Position numbers and translations under genes: made by a program | The notes under the pieces: model-generated | Told to the model about the DNA's origin: nothing | What the model saw: the letters and a program-made list of their open reading frames with translations, nothing else | Databases searched by the model: none | In this document: piece by piece, positions 45,815-58,177 of the stretch | Position numbering within the stretch: position 1 is the stretch's first letter | How the letters are laid out: the number at the start of each line of letters is the position of its first letter | From: Babesia bigemina | Lineage: Eukaryota | DNA: 64,000 nucleotides | Assembly: GCF_000981445.1 (NCBI RefSeq) | Contig: NC_027218.1 | Span: forward strand, 3,286,001-3,350,000 | Reading direction: 5' to 3'

Positions 45815-48406
45815 ATGGTGGGCACCACAGCAACGAGTGATCAGGATGGGATGATGGATTACGAGGACAGCATGTCAACCACGGAGCAGGAGCCAGAGCC
45901 CATCCAAGTACCCAAGAAAAGCGCTGTCATGAAGATGCTTAAGAAAATGGAATTGGGGGATGTCTATTGCGTTAAATGCATCAGACGCAAAAAGATTAAA
46001 CCAGCGATGGACTCAGCATTAACGGGCGATGAGTTGGGCGATTTATATGATCATCTCGCTACTGGAAATGAAACTGAGAAGTTGGAAACAACTCGCGAGA
46101 ATGATGAAGCCAGCGCGAATAGGGGAACGGCGTTCTTCAACAAAGTCGGCGACACGCACGAGCACTACATGAAACACTTCGCAGCCGGCAGTCTCGTAGA
46201 CGACGTACGGGAAGATGAAACCACGGACAGTACAGATATGCATCTAGACGATGAAGTTACAGAGCCTGTTAATTATCCAGGCGTGTCTCCATTGCAGAGC
46301 AGCGTGTTCTGTAGTATGGAAGAGATACGTTCCAACGAATCTCACATACCTCCGGAAACGTCTATGAGCGCTCAAATAAGCATTGACATGCAGTCTGCAC
46401 AGGAGGGAACGCCTTATACAACAGGATTAGTATCAACGTTATCTGCAATAGATGAACCGGTTTCTGACCAACCAGTCGATACCGCTTCAGATGACGAAGG
46501 AGCCATGCAATCCGTGGATATGGTGAATGACGAAACAACACATAGTTACATTGCTCCAGAGACTGCCACATTGGATAACATACACTGCGGTAGTGATTCC
46601 ACGGTAGAAAAGCTGGACATCATTGGAACCAAAGAAAGCGCCCCTGTCGGCGAACTCATGGGGGAGCTTACGGCAGTAATGATTAGGCCAACTGAATTCT
46701 CAAGCAGAGAAAAGAAAGATGTGCCAATGGGCACCACCGTTACAACGACGAAGGCGGACAACAGTGTTACGCCATCTACGGCAGCGGATGCGTTTGCTAC
46801 ATCGGTAACACCAAAAGAGACTCCTCTTGCGCCAACTGCAGAAACCAAAATTAAACCCGATGGTCCAATTGGGCAACATGTGGACACGCGGAGCAATCCT
46901 GCTTCGGCCGAGAGCTCTAGCAGTGTTGCACAACTCAAGCGTGCTGATGCGAAGGACTACGGTGCTATGGTTGATGCGGATAAAAAGAAAAGCGTGGCAT
47001 CAGTGCTAACTGCTACCGCGACGCAAAAGAAAACCGCGCCTAAGCTACTGACCATGCAGGAAGCTATGCAAGTAAATGCCAAAGCTGGGGCACTCTCTGC
47101 AATGACACTGTCACCAGGCAAGGATGTCCTTGCACTGGGCACAGAAAGGGGAATTCTCACCGTATTCATTACAGCAGAGGCTGATATGCGAAACACACGA
47201 CGCAAAAAGCAAAAGCCTGCGGATGTCGCCGATAACGATCCCATGCCGGATTCGATGCTATGGGGATTAATGGCCATCTCCCCCCAAGTATCTACCGAGG
47301 CGCATTTGACTGCCATCAACAACATACGAATAGTGGATATAGAATTAGATGGTGAAGGTGACGCCCGGGCACACACTAATGAGATTGCCACCATCGTAAC
47401 CTCGGGAGCAGACACATACGTCAGGGTTTGGTCGTTGCATCAGGTCTCAAACGAGTACATGCTGACGCTAATTGGGGCTCAGGTAATGGGAAATGAACCT
47501 GTGGCTGCAGTTCCTAATTTCGCGCACGACCAAATGCTCGTCGCATTCGCCGATGGACTCATACAGCACTGGAAAGTCACAGACAGGGGTAGTCCAGAAA
47601 TGAATCGACAGCACAAATTGATGTTTTCGGAAACTAAGGGGGGGTTAGATGCCATGTGCGACGTACTCAGCGTGGATGTGTCACCCACTGGGCAGACCTT
47701 CGCCGTAGAGTCCGCAGCCGGGTGGCTGGTGCTATACGACAGCAAAACGAAAAAGGAGGTGGGAAGCGCCGATTGCAGAAACGGAAGAGGGAAGTGGTCA
47801 AATGGTGCCGACGTTACAGGAGTGGACTGGAGCAAGAAGGAAAACCTCATACTCGTAACCACGTCGGACTGCCGCATAAGGATGTTGACAGCCACCGCTT
47901 ACGAGGAAGGCGAGCTTCTAGACCTCGAAAAGTTTAAAGGGCACCACAACGTTGAAATGCCGTTCAAGGCGCAGTTCGCCAACAACGATGAGTATGTCGT
48001 TTGCCCCTGCGAAAATGGTTTCATATACGTATGGAAGATAAACGTAGACACGAGCAAGAAAAATATCGGAGAGGACGACATGCAACCCACAAACTCGCAG
48101 TTCGTTAGGTTCAAGTTCAACGCCCCAAAAATACTGCCACACCTAGCTATTTTTGACCCCGGAGAGTGGAAACACCTAAGGCAGATGATTATGCAGCAAG
48201 AGAAAAACGGCGTCACGGATGTCACACAGATGCCACAAGCATCGTGCAAATGCTTGCCGTTTGGAAAACACTTCACAACGCCACAGAGTATAGCTGTAGC
48301 AGATCTAGACACGCAGGAGCACATACTGCTAGTGGCGCCAGAAAACAGCGGATTCCTCCGCTACTCTCTCATATCCTTAGCCGTTCTACAGAGACAATTC
48401 AAATAA
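45815..48406 (+). CDS. WDR44-like WD40 repeat protein
   Basis: RNGRGKWSNGADVTGVDW, ILVTTSDCRIRM, KFKGHHN...FKAQF and YVVCPCENGFIYVW, preceded by a long disordered N-terminus. Start uncertain. Confidence 0.75.
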   Translation: MVGTTATSDQDGMMDYEDSMSTTEQEPEPIQVPKKSAVMKMLKKMELGDVYCVKCIRRKKIKPAMDSALTGDELGDLYDHLATGNETEKLETTRENDEASANRGTAFFNKVGDTHEHYMKHFAAGSLVDDVREDETTDSTDMHLDDEVTEPVNYPGVSPLQSSVFCSMEEIRSNESHIPPETSMSAQISIDMQSAQEGTPYTTGLVSTLSAIDEPVSDQPVDTASDDEGAMQSVDMVNDETTHSYIAPETATLDNIHCGSDSTVEKLDIIGTKESAPVGELMGELTAVMIRPTEFSSREKKDVPMGTTVTTTKADNSVTPSTAADAFATSVTPKETPLAPTAETKIKPDGPIGQHVDTRSNPASAESSSSVAQLKRADAKDYGAMVDADKKKSVASVLTATATQKKTAPKLLTMQEAMQVNAKAGALSAMTLSPGKDVLALGTERGILTVFITAEADMRNTRRKKQKPADVADNDPMPDSMLWGLMAISPQVSTEAHLTAINNIRIVDIELDGEGDARAHTNEIATIVTSGADTYVRVWSLHQVSNEYMLTLIGAQVMGNEPVAAVPNFAHDQMLVAFADGLIQHWKVTDRGSPEMNRQHKLMFSETKGGLDAMCDVLSVDVSPTGQTFAVESAAGWLVLYDSKTKKEVGSADCRNGRGKWSNGADVTGVDWSKKENLILVTTSDCRIRMLTATAYEEGELLDLEKFKGHHNVEMPFKAQFANNDEYVVCPCENGFIYVWKINVDTSKKNIGEDDMQPTNSQFVRFKFNAPKILPHLAIFDPGEWKHLRQMIMQQEKNGVTDVTQMPQASCKCLPFGKHFTTPQSIAVADLDTQEHILLVAPENSGFLRYSLISLAVLQRQFK

Positions 48407-48720
48407 AAAAGTGGCTGCGACGGGTTTAACGCGAGACAAGGCCGGATCACATGGCCATATCGGTACTACACACTAAGCAACTACCGTAAACACACCGCCC
48501 AAATAAACCATTAGGCACCGAACACACCGTGCCCGTAGACAATGATATCATTAATAAATATTGTCTAATCACATTTAATCGCCTGAAACGGCGGAATTCC
48601 CGGCACCCGATACCGACACACCCGAAGGCGGCGAGAAGCACGTCCACAGGCGGCGCCAGTAGACACACCTTGAACGCAGTTTAAACGTGGAAGCACCACC
48701 CCGAAATCCTTAAAGTACTC

Positions 48721-49249
48721 ATGGTGAATATCGCACGGGAGATTCTACGAAGGCAGTATATAGGTACGTTGCAAGCTGCACTGGACACAGCGCGCAGAGC
48801 TAACGAGGGATGACAACTGCACATTCTCGGTAGGGCTGGAGGACGATGACCTCTTCCAGTGGAGAGTCTGTTTCGAGGGGCCATACGGCACGCCCTTCGA
48901 GGGAGGCATCTTCACCGTCGTCATCACATTCCCCGACACATTCCCCAACAACCCGCCACAAATGAAGTTCGAACAGAAGATGTGGCACCCCAACATATAC
49001 CCGGACGGCAGGGTATGCATATCCATACTGCACCCGCCGGGGATGGACATCTTCAACGACCAGGAGGCGCCGGAGGAGCGCTGGAGGCCGGTTCTCAGCG
49101 TGGAGAGCATCATACTCAGCGTCATATCCATGCTCTCCGAGCCCAACGCAGAGTCGCCTGCAAACGTAGACGCAGCTGTGGAGTTCAAAAATGACCCGCA
49201 GGGCTACAAGCGACGGGTGCAGATATTTGCCAGGAACACCGTCATGTGA
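48721..49249 (+). CDS. Ubiquitin-conjugating enzyme E2 (UBC7/UBE2G class)
   Basis: MWHPNIYPDGRVCISILHPPG plus the acidic insertion, ERWRPV and ESPANVDAA. One intron after the first exon. Confidence 0.93.
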
Positions 49250-49363
49250 GCGCGACGAAACGACGCAAAACAGAACCACACAGCTGTAATAGTAACTATG
49301 ACACATTGACGAACAGTGCAACGATGCGGGCTATGCGGAGGAGGTGTGCGAGTCACGAGCGAG

Positions 49364-52210
49364 CTACTCGCTGCTGTACATGCAGTCGCTGTCGGTCTCC
49401 TTGCACGAGCCGCGCGCGCGGTGACGCTTACGGAACATCGCGGTCGACGGAGACACGTCGAAGGCCACGTCGCCCATGGAGCACGATAGAGTCCCAGAAC
49501 GCGACAGCAGCCGATTTATGATGCTGCGCGCACTGTCTTCCTCCTTGAAGTCCACGTAGCAGTAGTTCGGAACGCGCATGTGGCTGTCCTCACCATCGCA
49601 GTCGAAGCCGATCGACGGGAACCGGATGTTAGCAGGTTCGTGGCCCAGCTCGGAGAAAAATTGCTGCAACACGCGCGTTATCCTCGGCTTGTTCAGAGCC
49701 ACGATGTCCGATATGCGCTTCACGAACAATACCTTGTCCTCGTAAAGGGTGTTGCACGACTTGGACACCTCGCAGTCGTAAGGCTCACGGTCCAACCCAC
49801 TGGATGACGCAATCGCTTTCGCGCGCACGGCGTTATCGTAGCTGTCGAACTCGACGTAGCACGATCCGCGGGAAGGCAAGAGGCGGATGGACTTGAAGCC
49901 CTTCGCCGAGGTAAAGATGGAGCGAATAAACGATTCATCCAAATCGCCGTCCACCTTAGATATCCACAGCGTATTGCTTTCGCCGCTGTCGCACAGCCAC
50001 GATTTCAAAGCCTCGTTGTCATTGGAAAGCAGCAGCTGAATACGGCTGAAGCGCTCAGAATCCACACTTCCGATGTCGTCTAGGTCTTCAGCAGGACGCT
50101 TGTTTACGCCGGGCACGTAACTGTCGCCGGCTGATGACACCATAGGCTGAGGCAGCATCGACAGGCTGCCCGCAGAGGACATCGTGCTGACGCAGCGAGA
50201 GACGTACTTCAGATCAGGGGAATTATCTGGCGGGGTCACGCTGCCGGGCACCACGGCGAATTGGGTGCCGAACTTAGCTATCAAAGACGATGGGGGTGGA
50301 GGCGGCATCGTGATGCTCGGAGGGACCGCAGGCGCGATGGACGGGTCGGCGCTCTCGCTGCCGTCCCACGTGGCGCGGGTCGCAAACTCAACCTCGCGCA
50401 CTGACAGTTTGGGAGACAGAATGGGGGCGCTGTGACCCTCTGGGCGCACACGGCAGCTGCTTTTGATGAAACGATGCGAACAGCAGCCGCTGTCAGAGGA
50501 CGTTTCAGAAAAGGATTCCGACTGCCTGCGACGGCGGTGGTCGCGACGCAAGATGATGTTGTTCAGGCTCAAAGTAGTGCCCGTACAACGTGTCTCTGCG
50601 ATGTGCACCTGGTTACCCACGGTCATGTGCGCCCTCTTTATGTCCTCCACGTCGCCGCTTGTCTGGGCATAGTCGATGTACGACTCCGATATGCCCCCGA
50701 CGGTCACGAAACGCATTGACGTGTCGAATAGCCACATAATCACCTGGTGGGCGCTCGAAACCTCGGAATCGGGCGGCACTTGGATCGCGATCACTCCGCA
50801 GATGGCGGCCACCAGTGACGACAGGAAATCTGCATCGCACTTCCCGCAAGCATCCAGGCTCTTTACACCCTCGATAACGAACAACCAGCACCGACCGTCG
50901 TTCACGAAACGCTGCAACAGCTTTTTGATCACCTCGAGGTAGTTATCTGGCGACCCTTTCTGGGTCATCAGAAGCCGCAGCTCCTGACGGCCCCAGTACG
51001 TCAGCAGGCGGTACGTGCCCTTGGTGTCGGTCAGGTCGCCCATCTTCGAAAGCAGGTCTTCCTGGCGCAACAGGATCCTGCGAAACGCCTCTACAGATTC
51101 GGGATAGTAGCGGCGAAGGCAGTCGGCCGCAGTTATGTGCAGACTGATCAAAGCACTGGTGTCGGTGATGGCAGTCACCGCAGTGTCGAATACCTCCACC
51201 AGCTCCTCCGCGCTCGAAGATGAGATGCTAGAAACGATTTGCATGTAGTTTATCCAGATGTTAACCGAACGAGGCATGTGGCGGCACGAGCGCTGGCACA
51301 CCCAAAGCGCAAACTTCTCGCTCAGGCCCAGCGCGTGGGCCGCATAGCGCATCCACAGGTCGTCGCGCTCGTAACCGAGGTCGTCCAAAGCGCGCAAGTA
51401 CACTATGCTGATGCGGTCGTTGTCGCCGCACTTCAGCTCAAAGTTCAAGTAGTCGTTCCACAGGCTGTTCATGTTGCCGGGGTTCAACATCTCGTCGAAC
51501 TCAGACTGCACCTTCAGCTCGAAGCATTTGCGACGCTCCCACGCGTCATACCCCTGCTTGTGGATAGATTCGCCTTCAGTCACAGGCTTGCGATGTTCTT
51601 TCGGCAGCTCCGACTCCCACACGCGGTACTCGTCCAGCACGTCGGCCAGACCTGACAGAGGCAGCGCCAGCTGACGGAAGAAAAGCGACCGCACACGCTC
51701 CAGCTGGCTTCCATAGTCTGCCGGGCTGCATTTCTCCAGCAGCTCCTGCTCGAACTGGCGATATTCGCTCCATAAAAGAGGACCATCCAAAGCGTGCAGG
51801 CCAACTGCCTTCAAACCGCGCTCGAACAGGTTGCGGATACGAGCGTAATTGTTACTACTGGCAGCGCGTTTGCGCTCGAAACGCGCGTACGCGACCCATA
51901 GTTCAGCAGACGGCTCATTGTCGACTGCACATTCGTACATAGAAATCAGCTCATCCTCGCTGCTGTCGCGGCGTTTGTCCTCGATCCAGGACAGCCAAAA
52001 TCGGTCCTCTACCACACAGTGCTTCACACACTGAGTCCGCAAGTACTCAAGGTACTTCTCGTGCTTCAGACGGGCCGCGATGTAGATGCCCTTCGTGTAC
52101 GTAGACAGGTTCCATGGGTCGCTCTGAACGCGAGAACAGAGGTGCTCGAGGTCTTCCAGGCTCACCGCGTCCTCGCGCTTTAGCGGACTGTTGTTGTCAG
52201 CAAGGGACAT
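49364..52210 (-). CDS. SART3/Prp24-like protein (HAT repeats plus C-terminal RRMs)
   Basis: HAT repeats (IRNLFERGLKAVGLH...LWSEYRQFE; VRSLFFRQLALP) and RRM motifs (TLWISKV...RGSCYVEF; NYCYVDF). Confidence 0.8.
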   Translation of the reverse strand: MSLADNNSPLKREDAVSLEDLEHLCSRVQSDPWNLSTYTKGIYIAARLKHEKYLEYLRTQCVKHCVVEDRFWLSWIEDKRRDSSEDELISMYECAVDNEPSAELWVAYARFERKRAASSNNYARIRNLFERGLKAVGLHALDGPLLWSEYRQFEQELLEKCSPADYGSQLERVRSLFFRQLALPLSGLADVLDEYRVWESELPKEHRKPVTEGESIHKQGYDAWERRKCFELKVQSEFDEMLNPGNMNSLWNDYLNFELKCGDNDRISIVYLRALDDLGYERDDLWMRYAAHALGLSEKFALWVCQRSCRHMPRSVNIWINYMQIVSSISSSSAEELVEVFDTAVTAITDTSALISLHITAADCLRRYYPESVEAFRRILLRQEDLLSKMGDLTDTKGTYRLLTYWGRQELRLLMTQKGSPDNYLEVIKKLLQRFVNDGRCWLFVIEGVKSLDACGKCDADFLSSLVAAICGVIAIQVPPDSEVSSAHQVIMWLFDTSMRFVTVGGISESYIDYAQTSGDVEDIKRAHMTVGNQVHIAETRCTGTTLSLNNIILRRDHRRRRQSESFSETSSDSGCCSHRFIKSSCRVRPEGHSAPILSPKLSVREVEFATRATWDGSESADPSIAPAVPPSITMPPPPPSSLIAKFGTQFAVVPGSVTPPDNSPDLKYVSRCVSTMSSAGSLSMLPQPMVSSAGDSYVPGVNKRPAEDLDDIGSVDSERFSRIQLLLSNDNEALKSWLCDSGESNTLWISKVDGDLDESFIRSIFTSAKGFKSIRLLPSRGSCYVEFDSYDNAVRAKAIASSSGLDREPYDCEVSKSCNTLYEDKVLFVKRISDIVALNKPRITRVLQQFFSELGHEPANIRFPSIGFDCDGEDSHMRVPNYCYVDFKEEDSARSIINRLLSRSGTLSCSMGDVAFDVSPSTAMFRKRHRARGSCKETDSDCMYSSE

Positions 52211-52384
52211 TGCAGAATCCAACACTGAAATCCCGAAAAGACACGCCACGACGCGATACCGTCGGGCTAACACACCAAGGCGCGAACCGCACAACGAGAA
52301 AAAAAGACACGCGGACACACATCTCAAAACGCAAAAAACAAAGAATACTTATTACGGAAGCTGCATATGGAGACGTAAAAGTTG

Positions 52385-54039
52385 CTAAAATTGGAAACCG
52401 CCCGCAGGCACGACCTCCTGAAAACCGCCGTTCATCGACGACTCGCTCAGGTCCTGATCCAGGTCGTAGTCCTCGGGGAAGTACTGCTGCAGAATATCAC
52501 GCGCCCGGCGGTACACGGTGTGCACCTTGCTCTCTTGCAGGACCTCGAGTGCCCGCACACCATCCAGCTCCTCCACGGCGATGGCGTAGGGGTTCGCCGG
52601 CAGACCGTTCAGCTCCATCAGGTGATGGCCCACGTTTAAGATGTTCTCCATCGCGCGCAACGCCACGCTGATCAGCTTAGTGTCGCTCGTAGACAAAATG
52701 GAGCAAATGTAACGGAGGCAGCCGCGCGACGCCAGGTTCTCGGCCTGCCTCAGGTCCCCGCCAGACGCGGCGTTGCAAATGGCCCAGCTGGCCTCACGCT
52801 GCACGTCGAAGTCGTTGCACGTCATCAACTCCAGCAGCTTCTCCACGGAGTCAGACTGCAGGAACACCTCCACCTGGTCGCGGGTGCCGGCGGCGATGTT
52901 AGACAGCGTCCAGCACGCCTCCTTCTTGATGGTCTTCTTGTCGGAGAACAGCAGCTTGTACAGGATAGGGATGCAGCCGCAGTCCACGATCATCTGGGTC
53001 TGACGGTCGTTGCCAGTCGCGATGTTGCCCACAGTTCGCAGCGCCGGCGTCTGGATCACGCTCTGCGGGTGGTCCAGCAGCTGCACCAGACGCGGGCACG
53101 CGCCGGAGTCTAGCACTGCCTGGATGTGCTCCTCATTGCCGTCAGAAATGTACGACAGCGCCCAGCACGCGTCCGTAAGCACCTGCGATAAAGCTCACAT
53201 TACATTACACAAATACGCACCTCAGTGTCGGTGTGGTTCAGCAGCTTGGCCAGGTAGGGAATGGCCTCCTGAACGTCTTGGAACACTGGCTTAGGCTTCC
53301 CGCGGCACAGGTTAGACACCGTCCACGTGGCGTTGCGCACCACGCTCTCCTTCTCAGAGTTGGCCAGCAAAAACAGAAGCGGCTTCAGCGCGCCCAGTCC
53401 CAGCACCAAATCGCGGCACTCAGGCGAGTCGCCGGCGATGTTCCCCAGCGCCCAAATCGCCTGTTCGCGCACCTCCTCCCGGGGCGCCTCCAGCAGCGCG
53501 ATCAGCTTCGGCACGGCGCCGTTGTCAGTCGCCACCTTAGTCTGCTGCTGGTTGCCCGAAGCCACGTTCGTGATGGCCCACGCCGCCTCGAACTGAAGCT
53601 CAGGAGCGTCGAAACGCCCCAAAAACTCAATGAACACGGGCACCACGCCAGCGTTCACCACCTGCTCAATGGGAGGGTCAACCTCAATGGACAGCAGCTT
53701 CCGGAAGTACTTCGTGCAGATCAACTGGGTCTCGTAGTCATCGGAACGAATGCCGGTCACGTAAGGCGCAAGTGCGGACGGGCTCCAGCTCGCCGCGCTC
53801 ATCACCCTGTCGCCGGGATCGTGCATATCGCCGAACGACAACGGCACGTTGTTCTCGACCACAGGGTCAATCTCAGGTATCATAGTAGTGTCATCTTCGA
53901 CTGTGGCACACGCGCGGTGGCGCTGGAACTGACGGTCACGTGTCTGCTTGCGAATCTGCGCCTGCAGGTCCTCACGACGACGACGCGAGTCGTCGAAAAT
54001 CTTCTTGTACTCCTTCTTACGCTCCTCCTTGCGGAACAT
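52385..54039 (-). CDS. Importin alpha (karyopherin alpha)
   Basis: IBB domain [16 protein letters not shown] and ARM repeats ([40 protein letters not shown]). One intron ~53183-53221. Confidence 0.96.
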
Positions 54040-54862
54040 CGCGACAGAACAGCAAAATCACAGGCTAATGCCAAACTGATGGTCCCTGCGCGCAGCCACG
54101 ATCAGCACGCACAGGCAATAGACGCTCAAAAACGAAACTGACGCAAACTAAATCACATGGACAATTCAAGGCGTTGCGAGAACTGCCCACCACTCGTTAT
54201 GACACCCGCAAAGCGGACGAAGACACACCGACGCGTCGTGCGGATTGTAGTGTAGAATCACACGCACCGCACCGAATAATTCAGCACACGCCGCGTTTGA
54301 CCACGTCTCGGCGCATCACTACTATTGCACATAGCGTATCTGGCGCTGGTGGCGGTGTATATGGTCGCCATCTGCTGCATTTAGGTCCAACGCCCTCGCG
54401 CGCGTGCACTTTATACGAGAAGCGGGTAATTAAACAGCGTTCGGTTCGTAGACAGTGTGTAAGTACGTAGAATTTGAAGCACTATATGCATACGTTATTG
54501 GCATATGCGTGTGCCACCGCCCAGCTGAGGGCGCACGCTTAGACCAACGACGGTAGCGACATCACATACGGCAAAAGCAACGTCGTAGCACGCCGCGGGT
54601 GACAGCGGCCACTGAAACTGCTGAATATAGGCACACTGTCGCGCCTATAACAACGCCAATATCTTGCAGTGGGCAGCACATGCCCGTGCAACGGCCGCAG
54701 AGGCCCATGCTCCCAGCTAGGCGAGCCACGCAGAACGAAAACTAACAACCAACTAATACGCCGCAAAAGAAATTAGAATCAGTGACGCAGCTACCTAGAA
54801 AGACGACGCAAATGACCGGTACGGGATCAAATGGAAAGATACAAATTCATATCACGAACACC

Positions 54863-55573
54863 TCACTTCTTGTTACCCTTCCCGGTGTTCTTCCTCTTCC
54901 CAGCGGGTTCCTCATCCTCAGAGCCTTCCTCGTCGTCACCACCCTCTTCGTCGTCCATGTCCTCGTCGTCGCTGTCGGACACGTAGCTCTCCTCCTCAGG
55001 CTCGAAGTAGCCAACAACGTGCACCTCGTTCTTGCCGCCCTTGGTGGTCAACTTGATGCCACCAACAGTGGAGAAGAAGACGTCGACGGTGGCCTGTAAC
55101 ACGTTTAACAACCAAGATTGCGGAATCAACGAAGCGCATAGCACACACACCAATTTGGCGACCACAAACGGGTCGCTATCACGCCGGCGCACACAAACCG
55201 CAAAACCCGAAAGGCACAAAACTTACGTGCTCGCGGACGTCCTTCTGCAAAGCGCAGATGTTGAAGGTCTTGTTGCCATCGACCAACTGCACGTAGGTCT
55301 TCTCGTTGCTCTTGGGGTCGTTCAGGCACACTTGGGACAAGTGGACGATGTTGGCCAAGTCATTCTTGGGAGTGACACTGCTCCCGGGAGCGATAACGGC
55401 ACCTAAGGCGATGTGTAAACGGTGCAAAAGAAAGTGCGGAATACGCTGACAAACTGCCAAAACGGACGATGCAGTGTCACAAAAATTCACGGCGCAAAAA
55501 CACACAGCCAGACAACCACACACAGAAACACGTTCCAAGAAAACTACGCTAACAACGACATACCGAACAACAT
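54863..55573 (-). CDS. Nucleoplasmin-like (NPL) domain histone chaperone with acidic tract
   Basis: MLF|GAVIAPG...IVHLSQVCL...FNICAL...[10 protein letters not shown], followed by an Asp/Glu tract and basic tail. Introns 55403-55563 and 55094-55226. Confidence 0.85.
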
Positions 55574-56568
55574 TTTTAATAGTAAGTTGAAGAGGACAAA
55601 TTTGTCAGATGACGAAGAACAAAAAAAGAGAAGTGTGAAACGGAAAGTGAGGCACCGTGGCGAGATTCTATTCATATCGGGTGGGGGACAACGCTCGCAG
55701 CAGCTATGGGGAAACGCACGAATTTTTCGGCGGATGTAGATTACGATACCGGTATCTAGCCGTACAGAACTGCCCGCACAGTAATTGGCTATAATATTTT
55801 GCGGTAGCCGGGCACACCGGACTCAACGACCGCTTGCACAGGCCGTAACACGCCAGCTGCGCCGATCGTATGTCTGTGTTTGTGCAACGACTGTCTCAAC
55901 GGATTATGCGATTAGTTAAAAACGGAGTAATGGCTCTACCTAGCGACACAGTTGGTCGGCAGGGTGCCTAGATTAGGTTGATGGCTTCGGGCATGTCTAG
56001 CCAGTCGCCGTACAAATAGATGGCCGACGACACGGCCACGAAACCCACCACGCGCATACACATACGCACGGTGGGAGAAATCGGGGGTTCCGGAGCGGGC
56101 TCCATCATACCGGGGTACATCATTGTGCCTAGTCACCTAACTCAACATTAGCGAAATAACGAAGCAGCCACTCAGCGCAACCTTCGCGTGTTGTACCGTA
56201 GAGTATTATGCGCGAGATGTGCGTTTTACAGAGCATAAATGGGTGCGGATACGCCGCTCTATACACACTGCCACGACGCGAGCACGGATGCAAACTTACG
56301 ATAAACGACGGAGCAGACCACCTTGGCAACGGTTGACAGAAATTATACCGTATGGAAGACTAAACGGCGGAAGAAGCTAAATGTTGATTAACTGCCCCAG
56401 CTGAGCGATGCAACGCATCACAGCAGCGGGCGTTGGTTGTCGCATTCCACACAACACGCGACACCGGCTACAGCTGAGCCGCTGACGGGTTGAATCCGCC
56501 GATAACTGGTTGCTGGATCGTGGCATGGAAGGCATATCTACTCTGACGCTGCCTACAGGAAAACGCCC

Positions 56569-57024
56569 ATGATATTCACTTCCTTGACCAGGTACCACTG
56601 GCACTACAAAACATGGCAACGATTGACGGCTGGATACCTCAGAACATGTGAGTTGGGCGAGTAAAAGTGCCATCATCCGTTCAGTTGCGAAGAACAGGCT
56701 CCCAAATAATGAACTCATAGGATACGTCATCAACGACAAACACCCTAAAAGCATAAGGGTGGCTTGCGACAGGTGCGAAATGGCCGTCGATTGTGTTCAC
56801 ATTAGTGCAGGTATATGTACGTGGTTAGGTACAAGAAGACGTTCCGCATGACCAAAAAGGTATGGGCGCACGACGAACACAAAGAAGCAAAGCTGGGAGA
56901 CATCGTGAGGGTGCAGCCACTGGGGTATCGTATCGGGCCGTGGAAGACTTACGTGTTATCTCGAGTTCTCCACGTACAGGATCCATATCTCCGCGACGAG
57001 GAAAATAAAGACAGCTTCTCATAA
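56569..57024 (+). CDS. Mitochondrial ribosomal protein uS17m
   Basis: Spliced [11 protein letters not shown]...[33 protein letters not shown]...[19 protein letters not shown], with two introns. Confidence 0.88.
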
Positions 57025-57433
57025 CGCCTATAACGTGCGGTGGTCGTACCGCTCACTACTTACACAGCAACTATAGACTAATATCGCAACAACAGATAAA
57101 GCGGATGCGTTCAATGTTGACCTTTCTGATGTTATTCATGGCTTTGCCAACGGCTATGTATGTTTTCGCGGTGCAATTGTGGCATCAAAGACTCCGCACT
57201 ACGAACGCTGCTGAGGTCAGGTGCACGTCGCTGTCTTGAATCTCAATAACTGACTCACAAACATGATTGGATTGCCACACAAACATACAATACATGCCAT
57301 GCAGAAATGAAGAGCTGGAAGGCAATTGTTTAGAATATTAATCGCCGTATGAGCACGGTTTTACGGTTTGTTAGCAACGCTTAAGCGAACCTGTGAGCCA
57401 ACGTTGTGCTGTTGCACGACGGATTTGCCGCAT

Positions 57434-58177
57434 CTATTCCTTGCGATTGGTGCGGCTTGCGATTCCGGACTTAAGCATATGCGCGTGGAAACTCGCCACG
57501 CTCTTGCCACTGGCCTTGAGGTCGGCTTCGTCCTTACGACGCTGCTCCTCCTCGAAACGGCGACGCTCCTCAAGCTGGCGCTTGTACGCTCCAGTCACGA
57601 ACACCTCGCCTACAGATTCGCCGCTCTCCAAATCGGCCTTCAGCTGCTGCTTGTCGAACGCGATGTCGCGCTCCATACGACGGTCGCGAGCCGTGCGCAG
57701 CAGTTTCTGCATATACTGCGAATCCTTTGCCACAGCTGGGGAGGCTTTTTCGGCTGGACCTGATGGCGCGCATCCAAGATACACAAGACTCGAAGCGTCG
57801 GTTCGGTCTTTGGCGTCTTTGCTCGATTCTTCTTCCAACTCGTCGTACAAGTAGAGCTCGGGGGCAAGGTTCTCAGTGGAAAGGTCGTACTCTTTGTACG
57901 TCACTTTCACGGGCTTAGTTTCCGATGCAACTGATGAGCTTGCCGTGCGCGAATCGGTTTTGCTGCCGGATGCGGCATTTTGCGATACCTTGGCGCGCTT
58001 AGACAGCGGATGTGAGCCCAGCGAGTCTGACGCAGCGCCGTCAGAGTCGCTGTCGGTGCCGAAAACGGGTGGGCGCTTCACATCCGCGGGCTTTGGTGCT
58101 GTTGGAGCGCTGCGATCTTCTTTAGGCTCGCCGCCAGAGCCGGAGGCGCTCTTCGATAACTTGAACGTTATCGCCAT
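57434..58177 (-). CDS. NSRP1/CCDC55-like nuclear speckle splicing regulator
   Basis: YLYDE, SQYMQKLLRTARDRRMERD and EVFVTGAYKRQLEE. Confidence 0.85.
   Translation of the reverse strand: MAITFKLSKSASGSGGEPKEDRSAPTAPKPADVKRPPVFGTDSDSDGAASDSLGSHPLSKRAKVSQNAASGSKTDSRTASSSVASETKPVKVTYKEYDLSTENLAPELYLYDELEEESSKDAKDRTDASSLVYLGCAPSGPAEKASPAVAKDSQYMQKLLRTARDRRMERDIAFDKQQLKADLESGESVGEVFVTGAYKRQLEERRRFEEEQRRKDEADLKASGKSVASFHAHMLKSGIASRTNRKE

Noticed and set aside
55595..55606. Palindrome GACAAATTTGTC resembling the U7 Sm site AAUUUGUC
   Set aside because: It lies in the immediate 5' leader of the NPL gene, lacks the terminal UAG and has no following 3' hairpin.
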